A DNA stretch of 64,000 nucleotides from Bacteroidia bacterium (GTDB lineage Bacteria; Bacteroidota; Bacteroidia; NS11-12g; UBA9320): NCBI GenBank assembly GCA_965216465.1, contig CBDCFW010000006.1, forward strand, positions 736,001 through 800,000, written 5' to 3'. Of the stretch, positions 9,960 to 18,995 are shown piece after piece. The notes beneath the pieces were generated by a model. It had not been told where the DNA came from. It made no database searches and saw only the letters and a list, made by a program, of their open reading frames with translations. How positions within the stretch are numbered: position 1 is the first letter of the stretch; each line of letters begins with the position of its first letter. The position numbers and the translations under genes are program-made.

Positions 9960-10808
9960 ATGCATATAATCAAATCTGCCCAAAATTTATCAAAGTATTT
10001 ATCTGGTTTACGAAATAACGGCGATGAAGTTACAGTTGGTTTTGTTCCGACGATGGGTGCCTTGCATGAAGGACACGCTTCTTTGGTAGCCGAAAGCGTT
10101 GATAATAACACCGTTACTGTATGCAGCATATTTGTTAACCCTACTCAGTTTGGAGAAAGTAAAGATCTCACGAGCTATCCTAAACCCATCGAAAACGACA
10201 TCGAAATGCTAATAAATCTTGGCTGCGACATTCTTTTCTTGCCGGAGTATGAAGATGTTTATCCAAAATCTTACACGCATGTGAAGTTTAAATTGCAGGG
10301 ATTAGACTTAAAAATAGAGGGTGCGAGCCGTCCAGGCCACTTTCAAGGTGTCTGTAATGTCTTAACACGTTTTTTCGAAATTATTGAACCTACGCGTGCT
10401 TATTTTGGCCAGAAAGACTTTCAGCAAAGCGTTGTAGTAAAGTATTTAGTCAAACTGCTTAATTCACCAATTGAAGTTGTAGTTGTTCCAATAAAAAGAG
10501 AACCGCATGGACTAGCAATGAGCTCCCGAAATGTTCGACTAAGTGACAAGGGGCGCCAAAATGCTGCTTTTATTTATCGATCTCTCACTCAGCTTAAGGC
10601 AGACGTAAATGAAATTGGACTCAAAAAGAGTCTTGAAAAGGCCGCTCAATTCATTGAAGCTCAAAAAGGAGCGAGATTGGATTATTTGGTTGCAGTTGAT
10701 TCAAACACGCTTGAAGAAGTTGAGGACTTTGATTCAAAAATCGAAACAGCGGTTTTAACGGTTGTAGAATATGAGGGTGTTCGACTCTTAGACAACATAA
10801 TCTTGTAA
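9960..10808 (+). CDS. panC: Pantoate--beta-alanine ligase
   Basis: VPTMGALHEGH, SIFVNPTQF, RPGHFQGV, FGQKDFQQ, GLAMSSRN, RLLDNI. Confidence 0.97.
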   Translation: MHIIKSAQNLSKYLSGLRNNGDEVTVGFVPTMGALHEGHASLVAESVDNNTVTVCSIFVNPTQFGESKDLTSYPKPIENDIEMLINLGCDILFLPEYEDVYPKSYTHVKFKLQGLDLKIEGASRPGHFQGVCNVLTRFFEIIEPTRAYFGQKDFQQSVVVKYLVKLLNSPIEVVVVPIKREPHGLAMSSRNVRLSDKGRQNAAFIYRSLTQLKADVNEIGLKKSLEKAAQFIEAQKGARLDYLVAVDSNTLEEVEDFDSKIETAVLTVVEYEGVRLLDNIIL

Positions 10809-10857
10809 ATCCCTAAGAATTAGTACAGATAAGTTTGTGCAATGGAATTATATGTCT

Positions 10858-10865
10858 TAACTTTG
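10858..10865 (+). promoter_or_regulatory. Bacteroidota sigma70 -7 box (TAACTTTG) for tRNA-fMet
   Basis: Matches TAnnTTTG 11 nt before the tRNA; a TTTG (-33-like) lies near 10834. Confidence 0.75.
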
Positions 10866-10876
10866 CACCTCAATAT

Positions 10877-10948
<72 letters not shown>

Positions 10949-10953
10949 CTAGG

Positions 10954-10982
10954 AAGTCTCGCTTAACGGCGGGACTTTTTTT
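10954..10982 (+). terminator. Intrinsic terminator after tRNA-fMet
   Basis: AAGTCTCGC-ttaacg-GCGGGACTT followed by a T tract. Confidence 0.85.
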
Positions 10983-11029
10983 ATTGAAAATTTTAAAATC
11001 TAATTCTCTGATAGAAATTGAGCACCGAA

Positions 11030-11626
11030 CTATTGAATTCGAATCATCAATTCAAAATCAACTGAAATCTCATCAGCAACTTTTATTAAGCCATTCAGTT
11101 CTCGTGGTGGCGTGATGCCAAAGTCAGACATGCACAATGGAACAGAGCTTTTCAGCAGGTATACGCCATTTTGCTTCTCTACCTTGCTTGCAATAAAACA
11201 AACTTCTTGTGCGACTCCTGCGATATTAACTGTGCTTTCTACCCAAACATTTTGAAGATCCTTTTCTTGGTTGCTTATCTTGAGATAGTTTATTCGAACA
11301 TCAATTTCTGGATATGATTGGTACTTTAAGCTCGTTTTCATGCGCTTAGTCAACTGACGATTTCCGCAATCAAATTGATCTATTTCAAGTTGAAGAATGG
11401 TGTTGTCAGAGAAAATAGAAGATGCTGATTTCTCAAAAACAATGGGATTGTTTTGCAATTCTATGCCGTCTTTGCATGCACAAGAAAATGCTCCAACATT
11501 GCTTGTGCCTTTTACAAACACCTTGCTTGACTCAAGAACCTGAATCGATAGCTCGGCTTGTTTGTAATAGCTTGCTGCACAAAGAAGCAAGGCATATAGA
11601 GACAATATGAAAAGACGATTATACAT
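11030..11626 (-). CDS. YceI-family lipid/polyisoprenoid-binding protein (Cys-containing variant)
   Basis: S.V.VKGTSNV..F.C, FDCGN, IAGV, MSDFGITPP...GLIKV.DEI.V.F. Confidence 0.8.
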   Translation of the reverse strand: MYNRLFILSLYALLLCAASYYKQAELSIQVLESSKVFVKGTSNVGAFSCACKDGIELQNNPIVFEKSASSIFSDNTILQLEIDQFDCGNRQLTKRMKTSLKYQSYPEIDVRINYLKISNQEKDLQNVWVESTVNIAGVAQEVCFIASKVEKQNGVYLLKSSVPLCMSDFGITPPRELNGLIKVADEISVDFELMIRIQ

Positions 11627-11633
11627 AAAATTA

Positions 11634-11663
11634 AAGCGGCACCCCAGTAAAGAGATGCCGCTT
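11634..11663 (-). terminator. Intra-operon hairpin/terminator between the barrel gene and the distal YceI gene
   Basis: Minus strand AAGCGGCATCTC-tttactg-GGGTGCCGCTTT followed by AATTTT. Confidence 0.65.
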
Positions 11664-11701
11664 GTGGGATTTTTATTTGTTAACTATGCTTCAGCCAATC
11701 T

Positions 11702-13030
11702 TTAGAAAGCTGCTACTGCTTCAATTGTGATTCCTTTAAACTCACCACCATAGTTGATGTTAGTCATTGGGAAGTCTGCATAAGTTTGTTGAACAAACGC
11801 TGCTTTTAGAAGTAGGTTTTTAGTTGCGAACCAACCTGCAGCAACTTCGATTCTTTGGATAGAAGACTCCATAAATTCTCCGTTCTCCATAAAACCTCCA
11901 CTTAGGTTTCCAGAAAGCTTGTTGAATTTACCTCCAACATAAGCACTTTCGTTTTCAAGGAATCTATAGATTACCTCACCACCGATTTGCATTACGCTTC
12001 TGCTAGTAGTATCTTGGAATTCAAATTCTCCATCGCTATTCATAACGTGAGTGTTACCTGATGCACTTTCAACGATACCAAAGATCTCAAGTCCTTTGAA
12101 CTTAACAAATGGGTTGATTTGTACAGAAGTAATTTGGTTGTTGAATCCAGGATTCCATCTACCTGATCTAAATGCACTACCTAAGTTTGCACCTTCTGCT
12201 TCCATTGCTCCATAATATCTAGAACCTGCACGGTCACCAGCATATAATGTGTTTCTGATAGTGTTTGCATTAGATACGAACGATGCTGATAAACGAACTC
12301 TTAAATCTTCGCTAAGTTCTCTGTCAAACGCACCTTTTAAGTAAATTGATGGAGCTCGTTTTTTGCCATCTGCAGGCATTGCAACGTCACCTTTAATTAA
12401 TCCGTTAGTAAGACCTACCATACCTGTGATACCTTCAGCAGGGAATACATAAACCTCACCCCCAATTTCAGTAGTAAATCCATCTAAAATGTAGTTACCT
12501 ACAAATGGGTTGTACATCGCATTACCATTATCGGTTCTACGGAATTGTTGGTCACCGAAGTTAGGTTGGAAGTGTCCAACTTTTACTCTTACCATATCAG
12601 TAAACCACTCAGGGTTATCAAACATAGGAAGTTTGTCAATTTGGATGTAACCACCTTTTACCCAGAAGTCTACGTGGTGTCTTGAAGACATGTAGCTTTC
12701 AAGAGCAAGTCGAATACCATCTTCAAGTTGAACATCAATATTCAAGTTTGCAGTTGCTAAATTAAATCCTGGAGCGATATCATAAAGAGCAGCGCCCGAC
12801 ATTGAAGTGTCGTTGCTGTGGCTTAGCGATTGCCATTGTTGCGTAAACGCTCCTCCGATTCTTACTTTAGTGCCGTTAAATACAGCATCATTGTCTTGTG
12901 GTGCTTCAAACACGTTGATTCCAGTTTGGTCATAAGCTCTCCAATTGTTAATCTGTGCGAAGCCATTTAATGTTAGCCCCATTAGTGCTAAGATTAAAAA
13001 TGTCTTAAGTGTTGATTGTAATTTTGTCAT
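11702..13030 (-). CDS. Uncharacterised outer-membrane beta-barrel protein
   Basis: Sec signal peptide, alternating amphipathic strands, terminal ..EAVAAF, SSRHH motif. Confidence 0.7.
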   Translation of the reverse strand: MTKLQSTLKTFLILALMGLTLNGFAQINNWRAYDQTGINVFEAPQDNDAVFNGTKVRIGGAFTQQWQSLSHSNDTSMSGAALYDIAPGFNLATANLNIDVQLEDGIRLALESYMSSRHHVDFWVKGGYIQIDKLPMFDNPEWFTDMVRVKVGHFQPNFGDQQFRRTDNGNAMYNPFVGNYILDGFTTEIGGEVYVFPAEGITGMVGLTNGLIKGDVAMPADGKKRAPSIYLKGAFDRELSEDLRVRLSASFVSNANTIRNTLYAGDRAGSRYYGAMEAEGANLGSAFRSGRWNPGFNNQITSVQINPFVKFKGLEIFGIVESASGNTHVMNSDGEFEFQDTTSRSVMQIGGEVIYRFLENESAYVGGKFNKLSGNLSGGFMENGEFMESSIQRIEVAAGWFATKNLLLKAAFVQQTYADFPMTNINYGGEFKGITIEAVAAF

Positions 13031-13075
13031 TGGTTGAATTTTATAGGGTTAAATCTTTTTTTTGGCTCGTTTCCC

Positions 13076-13660
13076 TTATTGTATCTGGGCTTGTTGAACC
13101 GTAATGTTATACTTTATGGTAATGTCGTTACCTGTGGTCATGGTGCCGAAAAGAGCAGTAGGTGGATCAATTCCAAAATCGGTCATTTTTAATTTCTTAG
13201 AACCGCTAAATTTTACCTGATTTCCGGTTAACACTACACCTTTAACCGACATATTAATGTTTTTAGTTACTCCAGCTATAGTTAAGTTTCCGTTTGTTTT
13301 AAGTGTGTATGAATTCCCATTTTTTGTAATACTGTTTACCTTTTTAAGTTGGTAATAAATGTTGGGATGCTTCTTGTTTTTTAAAGCTGTCCAAGTTTTG
13401 TCGTCCATTATTGAACCCTTGGTGCTTTTAATTCCGCTAACAGGAATGGTCACCTTTAAACTGTTCACTCCTTTAATGGCGTTGTTTTCTACAACTACAC
13501 TTCCTGTAGCTTTTGCATTTTTCGAAGTAGACACCCAATCATGAACATTCGATGTTCCTTCAATTTTGATGATACTTTTAACGAGAGAGAAGTTTGCTTG
13601 GCTCCAAACTACTATACTTGATAGGAGCACAAGACTGAAGGTTATGATGAGGTTTTTCAT
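13076..13660 (-). CDS. YceI-family protein
   Basis: Signal peptide; I.GTSNVHDW, MD.K...ALK..KHP.I, GNLTIAGVTK, KMTDFGIDPPTALFG. Confidence 0.9.
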   Translation of the reverse strand: MKNLIITFSLVLLSSIVVWSQANFSLVKSIIKIEGTSNVHDWVSTSKNAKATGSVVVENNAIKGVNSLKVTIPVSGIKSTKGSIMDDKTWTALKNKKHPNIYYQLKKVNSITKNGNSYTLKTNGNLTIAGVTKNINMSVKGVVLTGNQVKFSGSKKLKMTDFGIDPPTALFGTMTTGNDITIKYNITVQQAQIQ

Positions 13661-13716
13661 GCCTTGTTAGCTTTAATTTCTTACGCAAAGGTATCCGCCA
13701 AAAAAGCTGAGATGTA

Positions 13717-13774
13717 CTAGCTGAAGTCACCTTTCAACGTGATTTTAATCATAAAACCTGCTGTTTATTTTCAT
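13717..13774 (-). promoter_or_regulatory. Crp/Fnr-like site GTGAT-N4-ATCAT (13739-13752) flanked by two phased half-sites; -7 box TACCTTTG at 13693-13686
   Basis: TCAC/TCAT at 13727, 13749 and 13771 (22-bp period); the central site is a TGAT-N4-ATCA palindrome. Confidence 0.55.
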
Positions 13775-13892
13775 TGCAGTGATAGCAAATTTTTCTGCCT
13801 GAAAATCAAGCAAAAACAAAAAACATGACGCAAAGCTTTCTTTTTCGCCAACCTTTTTGATTATATTTTAATCTGAATTTAAGATAATTATT

Positions 13893-15104
13893 TTGTCTAA
13901 AAACATTGTACATATGGACCTTGACACTTTCTATGTTTCTGTAGAAAGGCTTCAAGACTCAAGACTTGTCGGAAAACCTGTTCTTTTAGGAGGAACTGGA
14001 GACCGCGGTGTAGTTGCTTCGTGCAGTTATGAGGCCAGAAGGTTTGGGGTGCATTCGGGCATGTCGATGAAGGTTGCCCGTAGGCTTTGTCCTGAAGGAA
14101 TAGTTGTTCGCGGCGAAGCCGGCGTGTATAGCAAGTATTCAAAAATGGTTACTGAAATTCTCAAAGCTGATGTTCCGCTGATAGAAAAATCAAGTATCGA
14201 TGAGTTCTATATCGACCTTACTGGCATGGATCGTTTCTTTGGATGTTACAAGTTGGCCAGTGAGCTTCGTACTCGGGTAATCAAAGAAACAGGCCTGCCC
14301 ATCTCTTTTGGGATGTCAATAAACAAAACCGTTTCGAAGATTGCCACAGGAGAAGCCAAGCCTAACAACCAAATAAAAATTGACTTTGGCGACGAAAAAC
14401 CTTTTTTGGCACCGCTTTCTGTTGGGAAAATCCCCATGATTGGAAAGAAAACAGCCTTTCTTCTCAATCGAATGGGTGTACAAAAAATACATACCATTCA
14501 AGAAATGCCGCTTGAGCTCATGGAGAAAGCTTTTGGTAAAAACGGAAAGGTAATCTGGCAAAAAGCAAACGGCATAGATCATAGTGCCCTTGTTCCCTAC
14601 CACGAAAAAAAATCAATCAGTACTGAGCGAACCTTTATGAAAGACACCATCGATGTACTTAAACTAAAAAATATGATTATCGCCATGGTTGAACAATTGG
14701 CCTTTGAACTAAGACGAGGCTCTCGGGTGTGTTCTTGCATTAGCATTAAAGTTCGCTATTCAGATTTTCAAACGGTAAGCAAGCAGAAACGTATTCCTTA
14801 TACCGCTGCCGACCACACACTCATTCGCTACGCACTCGATATTTTCAATCAACTCTATAACCGCCGTATCCGAGTAAGGCTTATCGGAGTACGCATGAGC
14901 GACCTGGCTGGCGGAGGGCACCAAATTGACCTATTTAATGACGACGATAAGGTGCTAAACCTCTACCAAGCCATGGACAAGATTAAAAACAGATACGGAC
15001 AAAATGCTGTAAGACGCAGCATTGCCATGGACATTAATGGTTTAGGCCGAGGAAACCCTTTTAATGGTGAACCCAATGTTGTTCCCGCTCACCGAAATGC
15101 TTAA
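13893..15104 (+). CDS. dinB: DNA polymerase IV (Y family)
   Basis: HMDLDTFYVSVE, SCSYEAR..GV, SIDEFYID catalytic motifs; QIDLF clamp-binding motif. Confidence 0.95.
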   Translation: MSKNIVHMDLDTFYVSVERLQDSRLVGKPVLLGGTGDRGVVASCSYEARRFGVHSGMSMKVARRLCPEGIVVRGEAGVYSKYSKMVTEILKADVPLIEKSSIDEFYIDLTGMDRFFGCYKLASELRTRVIKETGLPISFGMSINKTVSKIATGEAKPNNQIKIDFGDEKPFLAPLSVGKIPMIGKKTAFLLNRMGVQKIHTIQEMPLELMEKAFGKNGKVIWQKANGIDHSALVPYHEKKSISTERTFMKDTIDVLKLKNMIIAMVEQLAFELRRGSRVCSCISIKVRYSDFQTVSKQKRIPYTAADHTLIRYALDIFNQLYNRRIRVRLIGVRMSDLAGGGHQIDLFNDDDKVLNLYQAMDKIKNRYGQNAVRRSIAMDINGLGRGNPFNGEPNVVPAHRNA

Positions 15105-15107
15105 TCC

Positions 15108-18071
15108 ATGTTTGTTAATACGCACACTTACTACAGTTTCAAGTATGGAACCATGTCGCCCAAAGAGCTTTTGGAAGAGGCAGAAACTCACGAAGTTCAG
15201 CAGCTCGCTCTCACCGATATTAATAGCACTTCTGGTTCGCTGTACTTTGCTATGGATGCTCAAAGCCGAGGCATTCAACTTGTTCTGGGCGTTGATTTTA
15301 GAATAGGTGCCGAGCAAAAGTTCATTGCCATCGCTAAAAACAATAAAGGGTTTGAGCGTATCAACTTTTTCCTATCGCAAGTATTGGCCAAGAAAAAAAG
15401 CTTGGAAAATTTGGCTCCTCCTCTACCCCATGCGTTCATTATTTATCCGTTATCCAATGCTCCCCAACAACTAAAAGCAAATGAGTTTATAGGCATCTCC
15501 CACCCCGAACTATTCAACTTCAATCGCAAAAACCAAAACACCTGGCCAGCTCATAAATGCATAGCCTTAAATACCGTCACCTTTCGAAACAAAAGAGATT
15601 ACAACGCCCACCGATTGTTGCGAGCAATCGACAACAACACCCTCCTCAGCAAACTAGAAGCCAAAGAACAAGGGCAACCTCATCAAGGGTTTTATACCAA
15701 AAGCCAACTTCAAGAGCTTTTTAAAGCGAGTCCGCACCTTCTGGTTAATACAGAAAAACTCCTTAAGCAATGTTCGCTGTTTTTTGATTTCAACGACAAA
15801 ACCAAGATTCAAAACAAACATACCTTCACCCAAAACAGCACACAAGACCTTAAACTTCTAAAATACCTGGTAAAGGAAGGCTTGATTTATCGCTATGGCA
15901 AAAGCATATCAGAAGAAATTAAGCAGCGGGTTAAAAAAGAACTTTCCGTTATCGTAAAGTGCAACTTCGTGCCGTACTTTTTGATTAACCATGCCATTGT
16001 TAAATATGCCCAAAGCAAAGGATATTTTTATGTCGGTCGAGGAAGTGGTGCAAACAGTCTCGTTGCCTACCTGCTGAAAATTACCAATGTAGATCCTATC
16101 GACCTCAATCTCTATTTTGAGCGGTTCATTAACCCCTCTCGAAAATCTCCTCCTGATTTTGACATCGATTTTTCGTGGAGAGACCGAAACGATGTCACCA
16201 AATTTATTTTCGACACCTTCCCTAACACTGCACTTATGGGGTCATTTGTAACCTTTCAACAACGTTCTGTGATTCGCGAAATTGGCAAGGTGCTTGGGCT
16301 TCCTTCTGAAGAAATAAAAAACATTCAACGCACCCGAGATTATAACACCTTAGATCATGTTGCTAAACTCTGTGTTTTGTACAGTCAATACATTCATGGA
16401 TTTCCTAACCACTTAAGTGTGCACTCCAGCGGCATTGTTATTACCGAAAAACCCATCCAATATTTTGGAGCTACCAGCCTTCCGCCAAAAGGATTTCCCA
16501 CCGCCCATTTCGACATGCACATCGCCGAAGATGCAGGTATTTACAAATACGATATTTTGGGTCAACGCGGCTTGGGAAAGATCAAAGATGCCATCACAGA
16601 AATAAAGCGAAATCAACCCGAAGCCCCTCCTTTCGACATCGACGATGTTGCACGATTCAAGAAAGATGAAAAGATTAAAAACTTGCTGCGAAACGGAGAT
16701 GCCATTGGCTGCTTTTATGTTGAAAGTCCGGCCATGCGAGCACTGATGAAAAAATTAGAAGTAGACGACTATAAAGGCCTCGTTGCAGCAAGCTCTATTA
16801 TTCGACCCGGTGTTTCTCACAGCGGTATGATGCAGGAATACATTAAACGCCATCGAAGCCCTGCGGCTCGAGCAGCCACTCATCCTGTTCTGGCCGAAAT
16901 CTTAGATGATACTTATGGCGTTATGGTGTATCAAGAAGACGTGCTCAAAGTGGCGCACTATTTTGCTGGCCTTACTTTAGAGGAGTCAGATATTCTCCGA
17001 CGAGGTATGAGCTGGAAGTTTCGCGAACGCACAGAGTTTGCCCAAGTAAGAGACCGGTTCTTTTCAAACTGCAATGCAAAAGGTTATGCCAAAGACTTAA
17101 CTGCACAAATCTGGAAGCAAATAGAAAGTTTTGCGAACTATGCATTTGCCAAAGGACACTCAGCTAGTTATGCTATCGAAAGCTACCAAAGTCTTTTTTT
17201 AAAGGCTCACTTCCCGCTAGAATATATGGTAGCTACCATTAACAATTTTGGAGGATTCTATCATACCGAACAGTACATTCAAGAAGCTCGGTTAAAAGGG
17301 GCAACCATAGAAGCCCCTTGTATCAATCGAAGTCTCATGATTACCACCATTTTTGACAAGACCATCTACCTCGGGTTTCAACATGTAAAAGAACTAGAAA
17401 CTTCTGCCATTAAAACCATTCTAGAAGAGCGAGATTACTTTGGTACTTTTTTAAGCTTAGATGATTTTATTTCACGGGTAAATGTGAGCCTAGAAATGGT
17501 CATTATTCTCATTCGGGTTAACACCTTTCGCTTTACCAAAAAAACAAAAGGTTTTTTGCTGTGGAAGGCACACTTTCTGCTAGCCGACAACAAGCAAAGT
17601 TTTGCTCACCCTAAACTGTTTCAGGATAAGAAGAACACAAAGAAAGTTCACATTCCAAGACTGGATGCAATCCCTTATGAAGACGCCTACGACGAAATTG
17701 AATACTTGGGTTTTCCGCTATGCTCTGCTTTTGACCTTGTAGATCCTGAAATGCTCAAAAGCAAAATCACCTACAAACAATTTCCTGAATTACTCAATAA
17801 AACCATTACCATCATCGGCTACCTCGTGCACACCAAAAGAACAAAAACCAAAGGCAAAATAGAACAAGAAATGGCCTTTGGAACCTTCATGGATTTAGAC
17901 GGCCAATTCTTTGATAGTGTTCATTTTCCGAGACCCCTCAAACAGTACCCTTTTCGAGGCAAGGGCTGCTATTTGTTGAGAGGCAAAGTAACTGAAGATT
18001 TTGGCCACTATTCTCTCGAATCTATTTACATGGTAAAAGTGCCTTTTGATAAAATTGTGAAACAGCCGTAA
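15108..18071 (+). CDS. dnaE2: DNA polymerase III alpha subunit, DnaE2-like second copy
   Basis: PHP (HTYYS, ALTD), GRGSGANS, PPDFDIDF, YAFAKGHSASY; short (987 aa) and directly after dinB. Confidence 0.85.
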   Translation: MFVNTHTYYSFKYGTMSPKELLEEAETHEVQQLALTDINSTSGSLYFAMDAQSRGIQLVLGVDFRIGAEQKFIAIAKNNKGFERINFFLSQVLAKKKSLENLAPPLPHAFIIYPLSNAPQQLKANEFIGISHPELFNFNRKNQNTWPAHKCIALNTVTFRNKRDYNAHRLLRAIDNNTLLSKLEAKEQGQPHQGFYTKSQLQELFKASPHLLVNTEKLLKQCSLFFDFNDKTKIQNKHTFTQNSTQDLKLLKYLVKEGLIYRYGKSISEEIKQRVKKELSVIVKCNFVPYFLINHAIVKYAQSKGYFYVGRGSGANSLVAYLLKITNVDPIDLNLYFERFINPSRKSPPDFDIDFSWRDRNDVTKFIFDTFPNTALMGSFVTFQQRSVIREIGKVLGLPSEEIKNIQRTRDYNTLDHVAKLCVLYSQYIHGFPNHLSVHSSGIVITEKPIQYFGATSLPPKGFPTAHFDMHIAEDAGIYKYDILGQRGLGKIKDAITEIKRNQPEAPPFDIDDVARFKKDEKIKNLLRNGDAIGCFYVESPAMRALMKKLEVDDYKGLVAASSIIRPGVSHSGMMQEYIKRHRSPAARAATHPVLAEILDDTYGVMVYQEDVLKVAHYFAGLTLEESDILRRGMSWKFRERTEFAQVRDRFFSNCNAKGYAKDLTAQIWKQIESFANYAFAKGHSASYAIESYQSLFLKAHFPLEYMVATINNFGGFYHTEQYIQEARLKGATIEAPCINRSLMITTIFDKTIYLGFQHVKELETSAIKTILEERDYFGTFLSLDDFISRVNVSLEMVIILIRVNTFRFTKKTKGFLLWKAHFLLADNKQSFAHPKLFQDKKNTKKVHIPRLDAIPYEDAYDEIEYLGFPLCSAFDLVDPEMLKSKITYKQFPELLNKTITIIGYLVHTKRTKTKGKIEQEMAFGTFMDLDGQFFDSVHFPRPLKQYPFRGKGCYLLRGKVTEDFGHYSLESIYMVKVPFDKIVKQP

Positions 18072-18112
18072 GTCATTGAATACAATTGGATTTAAAGATG
18101 CATCTTTGCACC

Positions 18113-18994
18113 TTGTTTAAATCAGCCTTCATAACGATACTTGGATTGCCCAATGCTGGTAAATCAACATTTCTAAATGCTGTTTTGGAAGAGAATTTGG
18201 TCATCACAAATCCCAAAGCTCAAACTACACGACACCGCATCAAAGGAATATTGAATAACGATAACTATCAACTGGTTTTTTCCGACACCCCAGGAATAAT
18301 TCAAGATGCAGCCTACAAGCTTCAAGATGCTATGATGGGTGCAGTAAACGAATCGCTAGAAGATGCTGATATTGTGCTCCTTGTATTAGACGGTCAGTAT
18401 CCAAAAGCAGAGCAGTTTAAACCAATACTTGAGCAAGTAAGCTGCCCAATAGTTATTGCCTTAAACAAGATTGACTTGGTACAGGATCAGGAAAAAATTA
18501 ACGATACAATCAACGAAGTAAAAAGCATTATAGCTACAGAGCATGTTTACGCAATGAGTGCCAAAGAAAAATTCAATGTAGATGCTCTAGTTGATGCGTT
18601 AGTTGGATTAGCCAGTGAACATCCACCTTACTACGACCCTGAAATTCTAACCGACGAAAACGTTCGGTTTTTGGTCAGCGAAATGGTACGTGAACAAATA
18701 CTTTCTCAATACAAAAAAGAAGTTCCTTATTCTTCGGAGGTAACGGTAACTGACTATAAAGAAGACAAAGACATTGATCGTATCTATGCGACCATATATG
18801 TTGAACGCGATTCACAAAAATCAATTCTACTCGGTAAAGGAGGTGCTTCAATCAAGAAACTGGGAATAGCGGCTCGAAAAAGAATTGAAGCATTTATAGA
18901 TAAAAAAGTTTTTCTATCCTTAACAGTTAAAGTGAGAAAGGATTGGAGAACGGATGACCAACAATTGAAAAACTTCGGATATTTAAGAAAATAA
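18113..18994 (+). CDS. era: GTPase Era
   Basis: GLPNAGKST, QTTRHRI, DTPG, NKID, KH domain; likely TTG start at 18113 after CATCTTTG. Confidence 0.96.
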   Translation: MFKSAFITILGLPNAGKSTFLNAVLEENLVITNPKAQTTRHRIKGILNNDNYQLVFSDTPGIIQDAAYKLQDAMMGAVNESLEDADIVLLVLDGQYPKAEQFKPILEQVSCPIVIALNKIDLVQDQEKINDTINEVKSIIATEHVYAMSAKEKFNVDALVDALVGLASEHPPYYDPEILTDENVRFLVSEMVREQILSQYKKEVPYSSEVTVTDYKEDKDIDRIYATIYVERDSQKSILLGKGGASIKKLGIAARKRIEAFIDKKVFLSLTVKVRKDWRTDDQQLKNFGYLRK

Positions 18995-18995
18995 A

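Noticed and set aside
18072-18112. attR duplication of the tRNA-fMet 3' end
   Set aside because: No match to TCCTGTTCCCGCA seen; the region is the era promoter
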